The notes under the pieces were generated by a model that did not search any database, had not been told where the DNA came from, and saw only the letters and a program-made list of their open reading frames with translations. 64,000 bases of DNA, taken from NCBI GenBank assembly GCA_964445435.1, contig CAYUKU010000001.1:44384-108383 (forward strand), read 5' to 3'. Below, piece after piece: positions 1-8,512 of the stretch. The position numbers and the translations under genes were made by a program. Within the stretch, counting starts at the first letter, position 1; every line of letters begins with the position of its first letter. The stretch comes from an uncultured Gammaproteobacteria bacterium. Its GTDB lineage: Bacteria; Patescibacteriota; Microgenomatia; UBA10105; UBA927.

Positions 1-71
1 AGGCACCACGAAGGGCGCGTCCGGTTGAGGAGAAGCGGTTTGGCCGCCAAGAGACATCCCTCCCTGAGTAG
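1..71 (+). CDS. 3' end of an upstream CDS (partial)
   Basis: Open frame from base 3 reads APRRARPVEEKRFGRQETSLPE to TAG at 69-71; too short to identify. Confidence 0.35.
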   Translation, partial: APRRARPVEEKRFGRQETSLPE

Positions 72-109
72 TTTGATCATTCATACGATTCCTGTACAAT
101 TATCATAAC

Positions 110-1507
110 ATGGGGTCATCAGCCAAAACCACAAGATCATACCGGTGGATCCGGGCTATCGCCGCAGGTGTGGCATTTTTTTCACTGCTTATTCTTCTTG
201 TTATTGGTATATTTCGCAAATACTACGAAGGACGCATCTATCCGAACGTTACTATTGCAGGCGTACCATTTGGGGGACAGACAAGACTACAAGTCGCCCA
301 ATACTGGCAACAGAAAAACGAACCGTTTGGCAGTGCCCAATTTGAACTGAAATTCAAATCCACCATAGCCACGTTTTCGGGAAGCGATATTGAACTCGGA
401 TATGATGCTGATTTGTCCGCCACCCAAGCCTACCTGATCGGCCGCTCCGGAGGATTTTTAAGTAAGCTGAACGTCACATTCTTTCAGAAATCAGTGAATT
501 TAGAGCCGTATTTTCGATGGACGGAAAGCGTCGTTGATGAAACACTTGCGCAACTCGCATCTCAAATAGACATACCGGAGCAGGATGCGCTATTTCAGTT
601 TGCTGACGGAAAAGTTGTATCCTTCCGACCGTCAAAGACAGGCCAAAAACTTGACCAGGCTGAAGCCAAACGACGAATTCAGGAAGCATTCACAACCGTT
701 GCCCGGACGAACCAGCAGCGGGTGACCATTCTTTTACCGGTCGACACGGTAAAACCATCAACTGCCACAAATGACACGAACGCGTACGGCATAAAAGAAC
801 TCATCGGACGGGGCTATTCGGAATTCGCAGGGTCCATACCCGGACGCATTCACAATGTGGCACTGGCAGCCTCCCGTCTCAATGGAATCCTCATAAAACC
901 CGGCGAAGAATTTTCATTTAACAAGGCCATAGGTGATATTTCCGCAGCAACAGGGTATCAATCCGCGTATATTATTAAAGAGGGCAGGACGGTGTTGGGA
1001 GACGGTGGTGGCGTCTGCCAAGTCTCAAGCACGTTGTTTCGCGCGGCTTTGGACGCGGGGCTCCCGATTGTCGAACGTCATGCGCACGCATACCGGGTTC
1101 ATTATTACGAAGAAGGAGGGTACAAACCCGGCCTGGACGCTACAGTATTTAGTCCTTCCGTCGATTTACGAATAAAAAACAATACCCCGTCTTACATTCT
1201 CATCCAGACGAAAACGGATACAAAAAATCTGACCCTGACGTTTGAACTTTACGGAACCCGCGACGGGCGGAAAGCGGAAATTTTCAATCATGTGGTGTCA
1301 TCACAAACACCTCCTCCTCCCCCGTTATACCAGGATGATCCGACACTGAAAGCCGGCGTCGTCAAACAGGTCGACTGGGCAGCGTGGGGCGCCAAAGCCT
1401 CTTTTCAGTATAAAGTCACGCGAAACGGCGAAACGCTTGAAGACACCACCTTCTATTCAAACTTCCGCCCGTGGCAGGCGGTCTTCCTAAAAGGCACGGC
1501 GCCCTGA
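110..1507 (+). CDS. VanW family protein with N-terminal membrane anchor and PG-binding-4 region
   Basis: N-terminal TM helix; VanW motifs RIHNVALAA..LNGILIKPGEEFSFN, GGGVCQVSSTLFRAAL, ERHAH, GLDATV. Confidence 0.9.
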   Translation: MGSSAKTTRSYRWIRAIAAGVAFFSLLILLVIGIFRKYYEGRIYPNVTIAGVPFGGQTRLQVAQYWQQKNEPFGSAQFELKFKSTIATFSGSDIELGYDADLSATQAYLIGRSGGFLSKLNVTFFQKSVNLEPYFRWTESVVDETLAQLASQIDIPEQDALFQFADGKVVSFRPSKTGQKLDQAEAKRRIQEAFTTVARTNQQRVTILLPVDTVKPSTATNDTNAYGIKELIGRGYSEFAGSIPGRIHNVALAASRLNGILIKPGEEFSFNKAIGDISAATGYQSAYIIKEGRTVLGDGGGVCQVSSTLFRAALDAGLPIVERHAHAYRVHYYEEGGYKPGLDATVFSPSVDLRIKNNTPSYILIQTKTDTKNLTLTFELYGTRDGRKAEIFNHVVSSQTPPPPPLYQDDPTLKAGVVKQVDWAAWGAKASFQYKVTRNGETLEDTTFYSNFRPWQAVFLKGTAP

Positions 1508-1508
1508 T

Positions 1509-1925
1509 ATGAAAAAAGTGCTTGTCGGCGGCTGTTTCGATTTTATTCACTTCGGTCATATTTCGTTTCTCAAGCAGGCCAAAATGTATGGCGACTCGCT
1601 TGTCGTTGCGTTGGAATCCGATGAAAATGTGAAACGCGCAAAGGGTGAAACGCGGCCGATTCATTCGCAGGATAAACGGAAAATCATGCTCGAGTCCCTT
1701 TCATTTGTCGATGAGGTTATCAGCTTGCCTCCGATGCGAACCGACGAAGAGTATACGAATCTCGTGAGGGACGTGCATCCAGCCGTCATTGCGGTAACCG
1801 AGGACGATCCCATCATGGATAAGAAAAAGAGTCAGGCAAACAAGGTTGGGGCAACGCTCGTGGTTATTCCGAAAATCCATACACCGTCCACGTCTCAACT
1901 CGCCAAACTCCTGGGCCTCGAGTAA
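1509..1925 (+). CDS. Cytidylyltransferase-like nucleotidyltransferase (RibL/TagD-like)
   Basis: GGCFDFIHFGH (HxGH) motif and C-terminal STS motif; 138 aa. Confidence 0.85.
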   Translation: MKKVLVGGCFDFIHFGHISFLKQAKMYGDSLVVALESDENVKRAKGETRPIHSQDKRKIMLESLSFVDEVISLPPMRTDEEYTNLVRDVHPAVIAVTEDDPIMDKKKSQANKVGATLVVIPKIHTPSTSQLAKLLGLE

Positions 1926-1935
1926 AATAACTCCC

Positions 1936-2907
1936 ATGAAGATTCTCGCGATAGAAACAAGCTGCGATGAGACCGCGGCCGCGGTCGTTGAGGATGGAAC
2001 GAAAGTTCTATCCTCCATCGTGGCATCATCTGCGTCAATGCACGAGAAATACGGAGGCATCGTTCCTGAGATTGCGGCACGTGAACAACTCAAATGCATC
2101 ATGCCAACCGTCGAGGAAGCAGTCGCGCCTGTCGGCATTGATCACATCGACGCGCTTGCTGTAACAGTCGGGCCCGGCCTTATCGGATCGCTCCTCATCG
2201 GCGTAGAAACTGCCAAGACGATTTCATATATAACGGGCAAACCGCTTCTTCCGGTCAATCACGTTCTGGCGCACATGTACGCAAATTTTATAGAGAAAAT
2301 TCCAGAATTTCCCGCGATCTCTCTCGTTGTCTCAGGGGGACATACAGAACTGTATCTCATGAAGTCTGAAAAAGATCTTGAGTGGCTTGGCGGCACCCTC
2401 GATGACGCGGCCGGTGAAGCATTTGACAAAACAGCTCGACTTCTCGGATTCGGCCATGGCGGAGGTATAGCCATACAGCAAAACGCACGGGATAACGGCA
2501 TCGGCATCAAACTTCCCCGACCACTTCTCTACGACAACACACTGAACTTTTCTTTTTCCGGTCTCAAAACTGCCGTACTTCGGGAAATTGGCAAACAGAA
2601 AGAAAACAATAGTTTCGACAGACCAACAATTGAACAGGTAGCGTTTGAGGTACAGGAGGCAATCACTGATGTTTTGGCAGCAAAAACAAGACTAGCCGCC
2701 AAACAAAGCAATGCAAAAACCATACTTCTTTCTGGCGGAGTTGCCGCAAATCTTCGTCTTCGGGAAAAATTACCGGAGGCTGTAGCGCCGCCTGTTTCTT
2801 TGTGCACGGATAACGCGGTTTATATAGCCTCATACGCCTATTTTCGGGGCAAGAAAACTGATTGGCACGACATTAGCGCAGAGCCGGATCTTTCTGTTGA
2901 AGTATAA
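1936..2907 (+). CDS. tsaD: tRNA N6-threonylcarbamoyladenosine transferase TsaD
   Basis: MKILAIETSCDET, GPGL, VNHVLAH, SGGHT, DDAAGEAFDK, FSFSGLKT, CTDNA; start refined to ATG at 1936. Confidence 0.96.
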   Translation: MKILAIETSCDETAAAVVEDGTKVLSSIVASSASMHEKYGGIVPEIAAREQLKCIMPTVEEAVAPVGIDHIDALAVTVGPGLIGSLLIGVETAKTISYITGKPLLPVNHVLAHMYANFIEKIPEFPAISLVVSGGHTELYLMKSEKDLEWLGGTLDDAAGEAFDKTARLLGFGHGGGIAIQQNARDNGIGIKLPRPLLYDNTLNFSFSGLKTAVLREIGKQKENNSFDRPTIEQVAFEVQEAITDVLAAKTRLAAKQSNAKTILLSGGVAANLRLREKLPEAVAPPVSLCTDNAVYIASYAYFRGKKTDWHDISAEPDLSVEV

Positions 2908-3400
2908 TCGCCTCTTCTTTGCACCAGGGAGAATAAACATCGTTTGTGTCAGCTGCTATTTCACGAAGAAATATCTTCCAGTCCATCCATTTCCAATCCT
3001 CAACTTCTTTTCTATTTGGATTGGGATCTTGGTCATACTGCCCAACAAGAATAGGACAAATTTCGTTTTCTACAATTCCGTTTCGGTCAGCTGCACGATA
3101 GCGGTACGGGGAGACCTCCTGTACATCAACGCCCTTAATACCCAATTCGTCTGTCAATCGTCTTTGGGCTGCGAGGACCGCAGACTCGCCCGGTGCAAGA
3201 TGGCCGCAAACGGTATTCGTCCATACACCGGGAAATGTTTTTTTTGAGAGGGCGCGTCGCGTTATGAGTATCTGTCTTTTGGAATTAAAGATAAAAAGTG
3301 AAAACGCGCGATGAAGCGGAGTATTTGTAGAATGGACCGTGTCCTTCGGCGCAGTGCCGATCTCCCGGTTATGTTCATCGACTAATACGACCAATTCCAT
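2873..3400 (-). CDS. idi: Isopentenyl-diphosphate delta-isomerase type 1
   Basis: LHRAFSLFIFN, K.TFPGVWTNTVCGH, ENEICP, YSPW Nudix-fold IDI motifs. Confidence 0.95.
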   Translation of the reverse strand: MELVVLVDEHNREIGTAPKDTVHSTNTPLHRAFSLFIFNSKRQILITRRALSKKTFPGVWTNTVCGHLAPGESAVLAAQRRLTDELGIKGVDVQEVSPYRYRAADRNGIVENEICPILVGQYDQDPNPNRKEVEDWKWMDWKIFLREIAADTNDVYSPWCKEEAIILQQKDPALR

Positions 3401-3401
3401 G

Positions 3402-3473
3402 TGGGCCCGCTTGGTGACGATCCAAGCGCCCCCATGTTATAAGCATGGTGCTCTACCGCTGAGCTACGGGCCC
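3402..3473 (-). tRNA. tRNA-Ile (anticodon UAU), CCA not encoded
   Basis: Minus strand folds as a cloverleaf: acceptor GGGCCCG/CGGGCCC, D stem GCTC/GAGC, anticodon stem CCATG/CATGG with loop CT-TAT-AA, T stem CTTGG/CCAAG with loop ATCGTCA, discriminator A. Confidence 0.9.
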
Positions 3474-3481
3474 GACAATAA

Positions 3482-3490
3482 ATTATATCA
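3482..3490 (-). promoter_or_regulatory. Extended -10 promoter for tRNA-Ile/idi
   Basis: TGaTATAAT on the minus strand, 8 nt upstream of the tRNA 5' end. Confidence 0.65.
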
Positions 3491-3492
3491 AT

Positions 3493-4163
3493 TTACACCG
3501 CTTTTCTCACAATATGCCCCGCAACAACTCGAATTCCTATCAAAACACGCTCCTTTATCTCGGTGTCATAGACGCGGATTCCACAAGTACCGTGTCCGAA
3601 TCCTTTCTGATCGATATCACTTCTATTACTATCTTTCAGATATGGTTTGGTAAACTGTCGCAGTGGTAGGCCAAGCATGTCACTCCAGTACTTCATCTCC
3701 TTCAGAACGTTCATATCTTTATACAGATGAAGATATATTCGCAATTGATTCAAGGGCACCCGTAATCCTTTATGGATCCATTGCAGCGCAAACTGCATCA
3801 AGGTGGGATCTGTGTTACTTATGCTCAGCATATTGCGAGACCCTTTGTCGCCCTCCCCCCAATACAAAAAAAGTCCAGCTATCAATAGTCTTTGTGTGAT
3901 AAAGGGAGTAGGCTTCGAGCTTCCTCACTTCGATACTTATCTATCTTCATCTCTTGTTTTCTTCTCATTGTTTCTCTGAATTTTTCAATTCGTATCTCAC
4001 TTCGTCCCCGTAATGCGTTAATTTCTTCCTTTGTAAGAGGGCTATCGCGCAACCATATACTCAATGTGCTTTTGCCTACACCGAGGATCGATTTTATCTG
4101 GTTATAACTCTTCCGCTGGCGCCTTAAAATAAGGGCTTTACGACGGAGAAGTGTATGAGTCAT
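3493..4163 (-). pseudogene. HTH + LAGLIDADG-like protein (tRNA-adjacent CPR family), split by a 1-nt frameshift
   Basis: ORF 3882-4163 has an HTH (LRRQRKSYNQIKSILGVGKSTLSIWL); ORF 3493-3885 has IAGLFLYWGEGDK..ISNTDP..WI; restoring one base at AAA-GA(n)-CTA-TTG joins them into about 220 aa. Confidence 0.7.
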
Positions 4164-4225
4164 TTTGAACCAACAATGAATATTTTCTCAACAATAATTC
4201 CATTGTACGATAATGGAGAAAAGCA

Positions 4226-5623
4226 TCAAGCTCGAAGGAGAGATTCCATTTCCCCCTCAATATCATACGCGCGTTTTCTCGTTTTCCCGAAAATTATGTA
4301 TGCAAGTTTATCCATGCGCAGCAAATTTTCTGAAACAGTAATAACTCCTTCCCGTGTCGCTTTATCAAATAACACAGGTCGCAGCCGATCCTGGATCTGC
4401 CCAAACGTAAGGTGACCCAGGTGAGAAATATCGTAACTGTTATTGGAAAGTACGTTGGTGATGTACATGAAGTCCTTACCAAAAAGCTTGAGTGCCGTCG
4501 TATAGACAAACGTGCCGCCCGTGCTTCGCACGTTTGATTCCGTCACGAACAGTTGTCCGTTTCTGCCTGCGACAAAATCGACATCATAATATCCCCGATA
4601 CCCGGCAGCCGCGTACCGCTCTCCAATGAAAAATCCCGTATCTACCATCTGTGCCGCTATCCGGTCGCTCACCACCTCGTTGTGGATCTCCACGCCCTTG
4701 AAAATTCCCTCAGAGGTCATACGCATCCCGCAATAATAGAGAAACTCCACCCGTCCGTTTTTGAGGATTTTGAATTCCACATTCGGGCAACCACCACCTA
4801 TTGACGACTGTATCTGAATAAAATCTTCGACAATAATCGGAAATCTACTCCAATAGGCTTCCTTTTCAAGAATCTTCAGTATAGTTTGCTCGCATGCTAA
4901 GTAATCCTGCGGCAAATCTCCGGGGCGGAAAAGTAAAACTCCCATGCCGGCGTGCCCCTTGTTCGTCTTAATCACGACTCCGTTTTCCTTAATGTATCGT
5001 TTTGCCGCAATTTTGGCCGCATCTTCAACGCCGACACAAATAAGGCCTTCCGCCATTTGGAAATCCGGCTCTGCGTTTTGACTCTGCTGTGCTAATTGTC
5101 TTATACCTGACTTGCTCCCGTAAAAATTTACCGTCCACCCGTCTTCTTCTTCCGGCGCTTCCGGTGTGTAAATGGTAAGTCCGCGACTGCGAAGTTCACG
5201 CATGAGGTGAAGAAACTCCGGTGTCGTAGCGTAACTGACTACAGTCAGCCTTCTTGTGGAGTTTGCTATTTCCACAAGTCTTTTCATCATCGACTCGTCA
5301 TTGAGGATGTCATCACATAAGGCGCCCGTATGGTGCGTCATGGGAATAATCGTGATATGCGTATTGCCAAAAAGTCCCTGATAATACGAAAGGAATTGGT
5401 CGCTGACTCCCTGAGGACAAATGAAATAAACGTGATCATCCTCACCGCAAAACTGGAAAAGCCGCATATCCGCCAAAAAAACATTTTCCTGTATCTCGCT
5501 AACCCGGCCTTTTTTGTTTGACATTGCACTAATAAACGGCCACACGTCTTCCGACATGTTGAAGAAATACACAAGTTTTGATGGTAATTTCGACGCCCCT
5601 GAAGGACTGGAAGATATATCCAT
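4226..5623 (-). CDS. ATP-grasp fold ligase with pre-ATP-grasp N-terminal region (peptide-ligase-like)
   Basis: YGSKSGIRQL, VVIKTNKGHAGMG, IIVEDFI, GYRGYYDVDF, FVTESNVRSTGGT (ExNxR) motifs. Confidence 0.75.
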   Translation of the reverse strand: MDISSSPSGASKLPSKLVYFFNMSEDVWPFISAMSNKKGRVSEIQENVFLADMRLFQFCGEDDHVYFICPQGVSDQFLSYYQGLFGNTHITIIPMTHHTGALCDDILNDESMMKRLVEIANSTRRLTVVSYATTPEFLHLMRELRSRGLTIYTPEAPEEEDGWTVNFYGSKSGIRQLAQQSQNAEPDFQMAEGLICVGVEDAAKIAAKRYIKENGVVIKTNKGHAGMGVLLFRPGDLPQDYLACEQTILKILEKEAYWSRFPIIVEDFIQIQSSIGGGCPNVEFKILKNGRVEFLYYCGMRMTSEGIFKGVEIHNEVVSDRIAAQMVDTGFFIGERYAAAGYRGYYDVDFVAGRNGQLFVTESNVRSTGGTFVYTTALKLFGKDFMYITNVLSNNSYDISHLGHLTFGQIQDRLRPVLFDKATREGVITVSENLLRMDKLAYIIFGKTRKRAYDIEGEMESLLRA

Positions 5624-5688
5624 GCAGTTAGTATTTATTCCACCATATTAGGAGAATACCGCTTTTTGCATGTATGTAAAGAGGGAAA

Positions 5689-8037
5689 TTAAAGTCGCGC
5701 ACGATGCGCAATTTCCGCTTCCACTAATTCTTTTGATCTGCCGAACTTGAGGCGGGAAAGCTGAATGATCGCCTCGGCAACTTTCTGATTTTTCTCTGCG
5801 CTCACTTTTGCCATGTCTTTCGTTAAATCCATGCTAAAAGGTTTCACCGGCTCATTTCGGACACTCGTTTTTATGTAGGCGTTAAACTTATCAATATTGA
5901 TAAGGTCAGCTTCATTAAAAGTCGGCTGGAACTCGTGTTGGAGATAGTTGGCGTCCGTCACACCGACACGGAAGGAAACAACCGTTCCCACATTCCCGAA
6001 CACGGCGTTTTTCACTTCCTCTTCCATCTGTCCGATGAATTGATTGGCGACGATGAGGTTCAACCTATACTTACGGGCCTCGGAAAGAATCTGGGCAAAG
6101 TCAGGCGTTGCGAAATTCTGAAACTCGTCAACATAGAGATAAAAATCTCTGCGCTCGTTCTCCGGAATTTCCTGCCTACTCATGGCAGCGATAAGAATCC
6201 GGGGTACGAGAATAAGTCCTAAGAAGTTACTGTTTTCTTCGCCAATTTTTCCCTTCGCGAGATTCACGAGAAGAATTTTTCCGTCGTCCATCACTTTACG
6301 GAAATCAAAGGATGACTGTGATTGACCTATGATATTACGCATCAATTTATTCGTCACGAATCTTCCGAACTTAGACACAATGTAATCGAGAACTTCGGAT
6401 TTGTGAAAATCAGCAGTTTGCGCGATCTGATCGGTCCAGTACCGCCTGATAATCGGATCCTGAAGTTTAGGGAGAAGCTCCTGGACAAATGCGCTATCCG
6501 TAAGAACACGAACAACTTCAACGAATGTATTTCCCGGTTCGACCATGACAGTAAGCATCGCATTTCTAATAGCGTGCTCAAACCTCGGTCCGATGATTCC
6601 TGTTTTCATAGGATCGTACAGCTTATACATGAGGCCCACGATCGATGTCACGACGAAGTGCTTCTGCTCCTCGGTTTTTGCCTCGAGCATGTTTAATCCC
6701 ATTGGTCGCTCGATATCCGAGGGATCGAAATAAATAACATCTTCAGCGCGTGAGGCGGGCATCCGGGAGAGAACCCCGTCAATAAGATCGCCGTGAGGAT
6801 CGATAACGGCAATGCCTTTCCCCTCATTAATATCCTGGATAATCATTTCCTCAAGAAGTTGAGACTTTCCGGTACCTGTTTTCCCGATAACGTACATATG
6901 CCGCCGCCGGTCATCTTCCGCGATATAAATTGGCCGCTCGACACCACGATACCGGGATTTACCCAAAAACAACCCGCTCATGGGGATTTGGGAAGGCGCC
7001 GGTGCACGCTTCGCGTTAAGCCAATAAATATGTGCTGTTTCGATAGACTTATTTGGAAGGTGAAATACACTTGCTAGCTCATCGCTGTTCATAACGCTAA
7101 ACTGCCGAAACAACGGAATATTCATAACTGGGAAATACCGATAGATGAAGTCAATCATGAACAACTGTTTGAATGGCATTTTCACTTTCGTGAAATGATT
7201 ATGGTCGGATGAAAACTGGCTGAAACTGGTCAGAAGATTATCCAAATGCATCTGTGCATTTTCTCTCGTCTCTGCTGAAACAACACACCGTATAACGGCA
7301 TTGAAACCGGGTTTGCTTACTTTCTGTTCTATCGCCTCAAGAGTTTTGGGATCTACGGAAAAACTTGCTTTCTCTGGATTCGCCTCGTTCTTCTTCACTT
7401 TGGAAATATATGAACGGCCGGTGCCGCGCCATTTGTCATTCGCAGGCTGGATAAGAATTTGCACAGCAGCTGCTTCACCGGGGCGCATTTTCGCAAGAAC
7501 CGACGTAATGGAAGATAAGGGATCAGTCGGCAGATCACGGAAAATACGGATCGGCTGGTAATCTGCACCGCTTAAACACAGAGCCGCGAACGCTACTTTT
7601 CCTGTTTCCGAAAAGAGCGAATACTCCTCTACCTGACGGATATCAGCGCCCGGATATGCCCCATGAATCTGCTTTTCCACAAGATCGGTTAATTTCTTGG
7701 GAACCGCCACATAAAACCTGATATCCTCGGGTTTTGCCACGATTTCAAACGATAGATGTTCCTGCGGTTTCAGAAACGACCAAAAATCCCCGTGTGCGAT
7801 ACTATGTAAACTGGCAAACATCTGCTCTGCAGCGTCAATTTTGATTTCATTATCGCGAGGCACCGCTATCTGAAGGAGCACCGTTTCCAAAGAGTGCTCT
7901 TCCCGGTTGCGATACTTCCAGAAAAGAAACAGAATATATCCCACGAGGAATAAGCCCCCCACAAACAACACTAGAAGAATCAGGCTCACTCCGAGCATTT
8001 CCAACCGATACGTTATATCAATAAGTTGATCCTGCAT
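5689..8037 (-). CDS. VirD4/TraD-like coupling ATPase (DUF87/TrwB type) with N-terminal TM anchor
   Basis: RRRHMYVIGKTGTGKS Walker A, IDPHGDL, LYVDEFQNF Walker B, LSEARKYRL..ANQ. Confidence 0.88.
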   Translation of the reverse strand: MQDQLIDITYRLEMLGVSLILLVLFVGGLFLVGYILFLFWKYRNREEHSLETVLLQIAVPRDNEIKIDAAEQMFASLHSIAHGDFWSFLKPQEHLSFEIVAKPEDIRFYVAVPKKLTDLVEKQIHGAYPGADIRQVEEYSLFSETGKVAFAALCLSGADYQPIRIFRDLPTDPLSSITSVLAKMRPGEAAAVQILIQPANDKWRGTGRSYISKVKKNEANPEKASFSVDPKTLEAIEQKVSKPGFNAVIRCVVSAETRENAQMHLDNLLTSFSQFSSDHNHFTKVKMPFKQLFMIDFIYRYFPVMNIPLFRQFSVMNSDELASVFHLPNKSIETAHIYWLNAKRAPAPSQIPMSGLFLGKSRYRGVERPIYIAEDDRRRHMYVIGKTGTGKSQLLEEMIIQDINEGKGIAVIDPHGDLIDGVLSRMPASRAEDVIYFDPSDIERPMGLNMLEAKTEEQKHFVVTSIVGLMYKLYDPMKTGIIGPRFEHAIRNAMLTVMVEPGNTFVEVVRVLTDSAFVQELLPKLQDPIIRRYWTDQIAQTADFHKSEVLDYIVSKFGRFVTNKLMRNIIGQSQSSFDFRKVMDDGKILLVNLAKGKIGEENSNFLGLILVPRILIAAMSRQEIPENERRDFYLYVDEFQNFATPDFAQILSEARKYRLNLIVANQFIGQMEEEVKNAVFGNVGTVVSFRVGVTDANYLQHEFQPTFNEADLINIDKFNAYIKTSVRNEPVKPFSMDLTKDMAKVSAEKNQKVAEAIIQLSRLKFGRSKELVEAEIAHRARL

Positions 8038-8047
8038 ACATCCTCAA

Positions 8048-8506
8048 CTAGACTTTCACACGAATAAGAGTACTTCCCATTTTCTGAATACCGACATGAA
8101 GCTGCTTTAGCCTCTTCACGCACCATTCTGCAAGCCACCGCCAGGAGTCGTTCACGCTCTGGGTGAGTCCGCGGGCAATCTGGTCGTCAGAAATGGGAAG
8201 TGTAATGGTTGCCGTGGTAGCAACGGGAACACTTGCCGGAGCCGGCTTAACCCCCATCTGCGCGACCGGCTGGGGAATGGGAATAGTGGTTGGCTGCATG
8301 CGCACGCCTGCAGAGACGACTTCTTTCGGAAGTTCCATTTCACTGCCCGTCGCATCGATAAGTCCTTCTTTCGCGTCAATGGGAGCGCCCACCACCTCCT
8401 TGTTTCCCGATGGCGTTACAGGAATAGGTGACGCCGCAGGTTGAGCTGCGGAAACAATTTGGTCATCGGTTTGGTCGTTGGGAGTGGGCAGATTGGTCAT
8501 GTCCAT
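8048..8506 (-). CDS. Hypothetical Pro-rich protein
   Basis: 152-aa ORF, 6 and 10 nt from its neighbours; low-complexity P/A/T N-terminus, C-terminal SWRWLAEWC helix. Confidence 0.75.
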   Translation of the reverse strand: MDMTNLPTPNDQTDDQIVSAAQPAASPIPVTPSGNKEVVGAPIDAKEGLIDATGSEMELPKEVVSAGVRMQPTTIPIPQPVAQMGVKPAPASVPVATTATITLPISDDQIARGLTQSVNDSWRWLAEWCVKRLKQLHVGIQKMGSTLIRVKV

Positions 8507-8512
8507 ATCATA

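Noticed and set aside
3402-4225. Group I intron-split tRNA carrying a homing endonuclease
   Set aside because: The tRNA is contiguous and complete, and no second exon or intron core was seen around the LAGLIDADG-like ORF
5689-8037. Conjugative element (ICE) implied by the VirD4/TraD-like gene
   Set aside because: No relaxase, VirB4/mating-pair genes, integrase or att sites nearby; context is chromosomal
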